A stretch of 64,000 bases of DNA. Source: Blasia pusilla. Lineage: Eukaryota. The stretch is taken from assembly GCA_050084515.1 (NCBI GenBank), contig CM114271.1, positions 1,426,001-1,490,000 on the forward strand, read 5' to 3'. The first letter of the stretch is position 1. Each line of letters opens with the position of its first letter. Below are positions 62,401-64,000 of the stretch, one piece after another. The position numbers and the translations under genes were made by a program. The notes below the pieces were generated by a model, which worked only from the letters and a program-made list of their open reading frames with translations, was not told the origin of the DNA and made no database searches.

Positions 62401-64000
62401 CATACCCATAGAGAGATAACCCACACAAAAATCTCACACATCTTCCCCTTCCAACAAGCAATCATGGCGGTCAAATCTCTTCATTTCCTCACTAATGATC
62501 CACTCTAACTTTGCTAACTACAAAAGTCTCAACTTAGAAACTCTCAAACTCAAACCCTTGTCTCAAATACCTGGATATGGAGGCATGTTGGAAAATAGGG
62601 ATGTGGGAGTCTATAGGGAAACAAAGACCTAGGTGGTCAATAACAAAAGTATACTTTAGAGAGAAAGGGTGCTAAACAATGTTTTGGGATACTTGTATGA
62701 AGTCAAAACGAGTGGAAATTTTAAGGGGAAAAAATATGGCACACCATATATTCATGTAGCGAGCAAGGAGCAAGAGTAATTTGAAGTAGAAGGAAGAAGA
62801 GGAAAGTTGCATAAAAATCATTGTAATGATATATGAAACCCTAATATTACTTATAGTCAAATAACATGCAATAAAAAAGAAATTAAGTCATCATAGGGAT
62901 TGATGCACGTAAAAAAATGAAGACCATCCAAGATGATTGTTTTGATATCCCACACTCTCCATAAGTTACCATGTTGCATGTATATTCCTCATAACTTCGT
63001 TCTCTCGTCTTAAATCCTCATGCTCCATGCCGCCTCCGCTCCTCTCCATCCTTTGTCTCTCCATCTCTGATTAATGGAAAGTAAGGTACAAGCAATAATA
63101 GAGTCCACATTTCACCATGGAATGGGCATCTGAGTGTGCCAACAAGAAATTACATTTGGACAACGAGTAATCTATCTTTTTCCAAGTGTTACAAAATGAC
63201 AAGATGCTTCTATAGTAACTTCCAAAATTTCAAGATTCTTATATAATAGCTTGATCCCACCCACTCATGCTAACTTGGGATGAGATAATGAGAAGAATCC
63301 ATGCCTCTTGGTCATGTTTTGGGATTACAATTTGCAGAAGATCGATGAATGCTTCTTGCTCCCAAAAATTACATGTGCTTTGGATCTTGTTGCCATGGGT
63401 GTGGACTATGAAGTATGTTCTAATAAGTTTGGGTGGTTGTAACATGATCTTATCAACGGATGAAAAAACTTATAGATCCCATAGGTCTTACCATGCATTA
63501 ATTTTTTCTTTAGACTTTTGATGATTGGTGGTGATTTGGTTCAATAGAGGAGATACCATGAAGGATCCATGACCTTTCATATCTATCCCTCTTATGGTTG
63601 GCTTTCTCCTTGCATTGGAGGGTTTTAACATGGAAGAATTATAATAGATGACATTGCATGCATGCTTATATATAATATATAACTTTGAGAAAACAAGATA
63701 TCAAGCACAGATTTTTCTTGCATATCCTACCACTTTCAATTATCCTTTGGATTGAAGTTAGTTGTCAACTATTTCTAAAGATAGTCCACAATGTAGGGAG
63801 CATAAAGCCATATATTGGCACTATTAGATCACTTTTCATCACCTCTTTGTTGTGTGGGTTTTGGACATGCAAGAGCCATAGTGTTGGGAAGAATGAGTAG
63901 CTTCGAGAAGATAGTAGGTGGAGTAGGACATCATCGTCTCGAATGCTATGCATTATACATTGACAATTTACAATCAATGCAAGCCCTGAGTGTAGAAGGA

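Noticed and set aside
62500-64000. Short ORFs in the AT-rich tail
   Set aside because: No motifs; consistent with random open frames.

Overview
This is a transposon-dense eukaryotic window with GT-AG introns and no intact host gene. The element families suggest a non-seed land plant (bryophyte, lycophyte or fern); this is an inference. In order: a decayed SWIM/Mutator transposase (1-2.9 kb); a ~217-bp tandem array (6.3-8.4 kb); three related Ty3/Gypsy copies (10.4-14.6 kb, 25.1-31.4 kb, and 31.4-34.5 kb plus 46.7-47.1 kb) which together show a C5 DNA-methyltransferase domain between protease and RT and a PHD finger after the integrase; a Copia fragment; a P-element-like transposase preceded by EDM2/NSD-like PHD fingers (18.7-24.3 kb); a 12.3-kb Mutator-like element with a perfect 9-bp TSD (34466-46741); an Athila/Tat-like Gypsy element (47115-58370) holding a solo LTR; and a decayed CRE/R2-like non-LTR element. 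The best candidate for an undescribed system is the 12.3-kb MULE. Divergent from its transposase it carries a multi-exon gene with a ParB/Srx-like motif (FFIRDGNHKFMAW) and beta-class N4C/N6A methyltransferase-like motifs (VDLLIADLPSG ... TLIELCSRPGDLVFDL). About 30 copies of a CG-rich 27-bp palindrome sit almost entirely in its introns and divergent promoter. All domain calls come from motif recognition by eye and need HMM or structure confirmation. Some frameshifts may be read or assembly errors.
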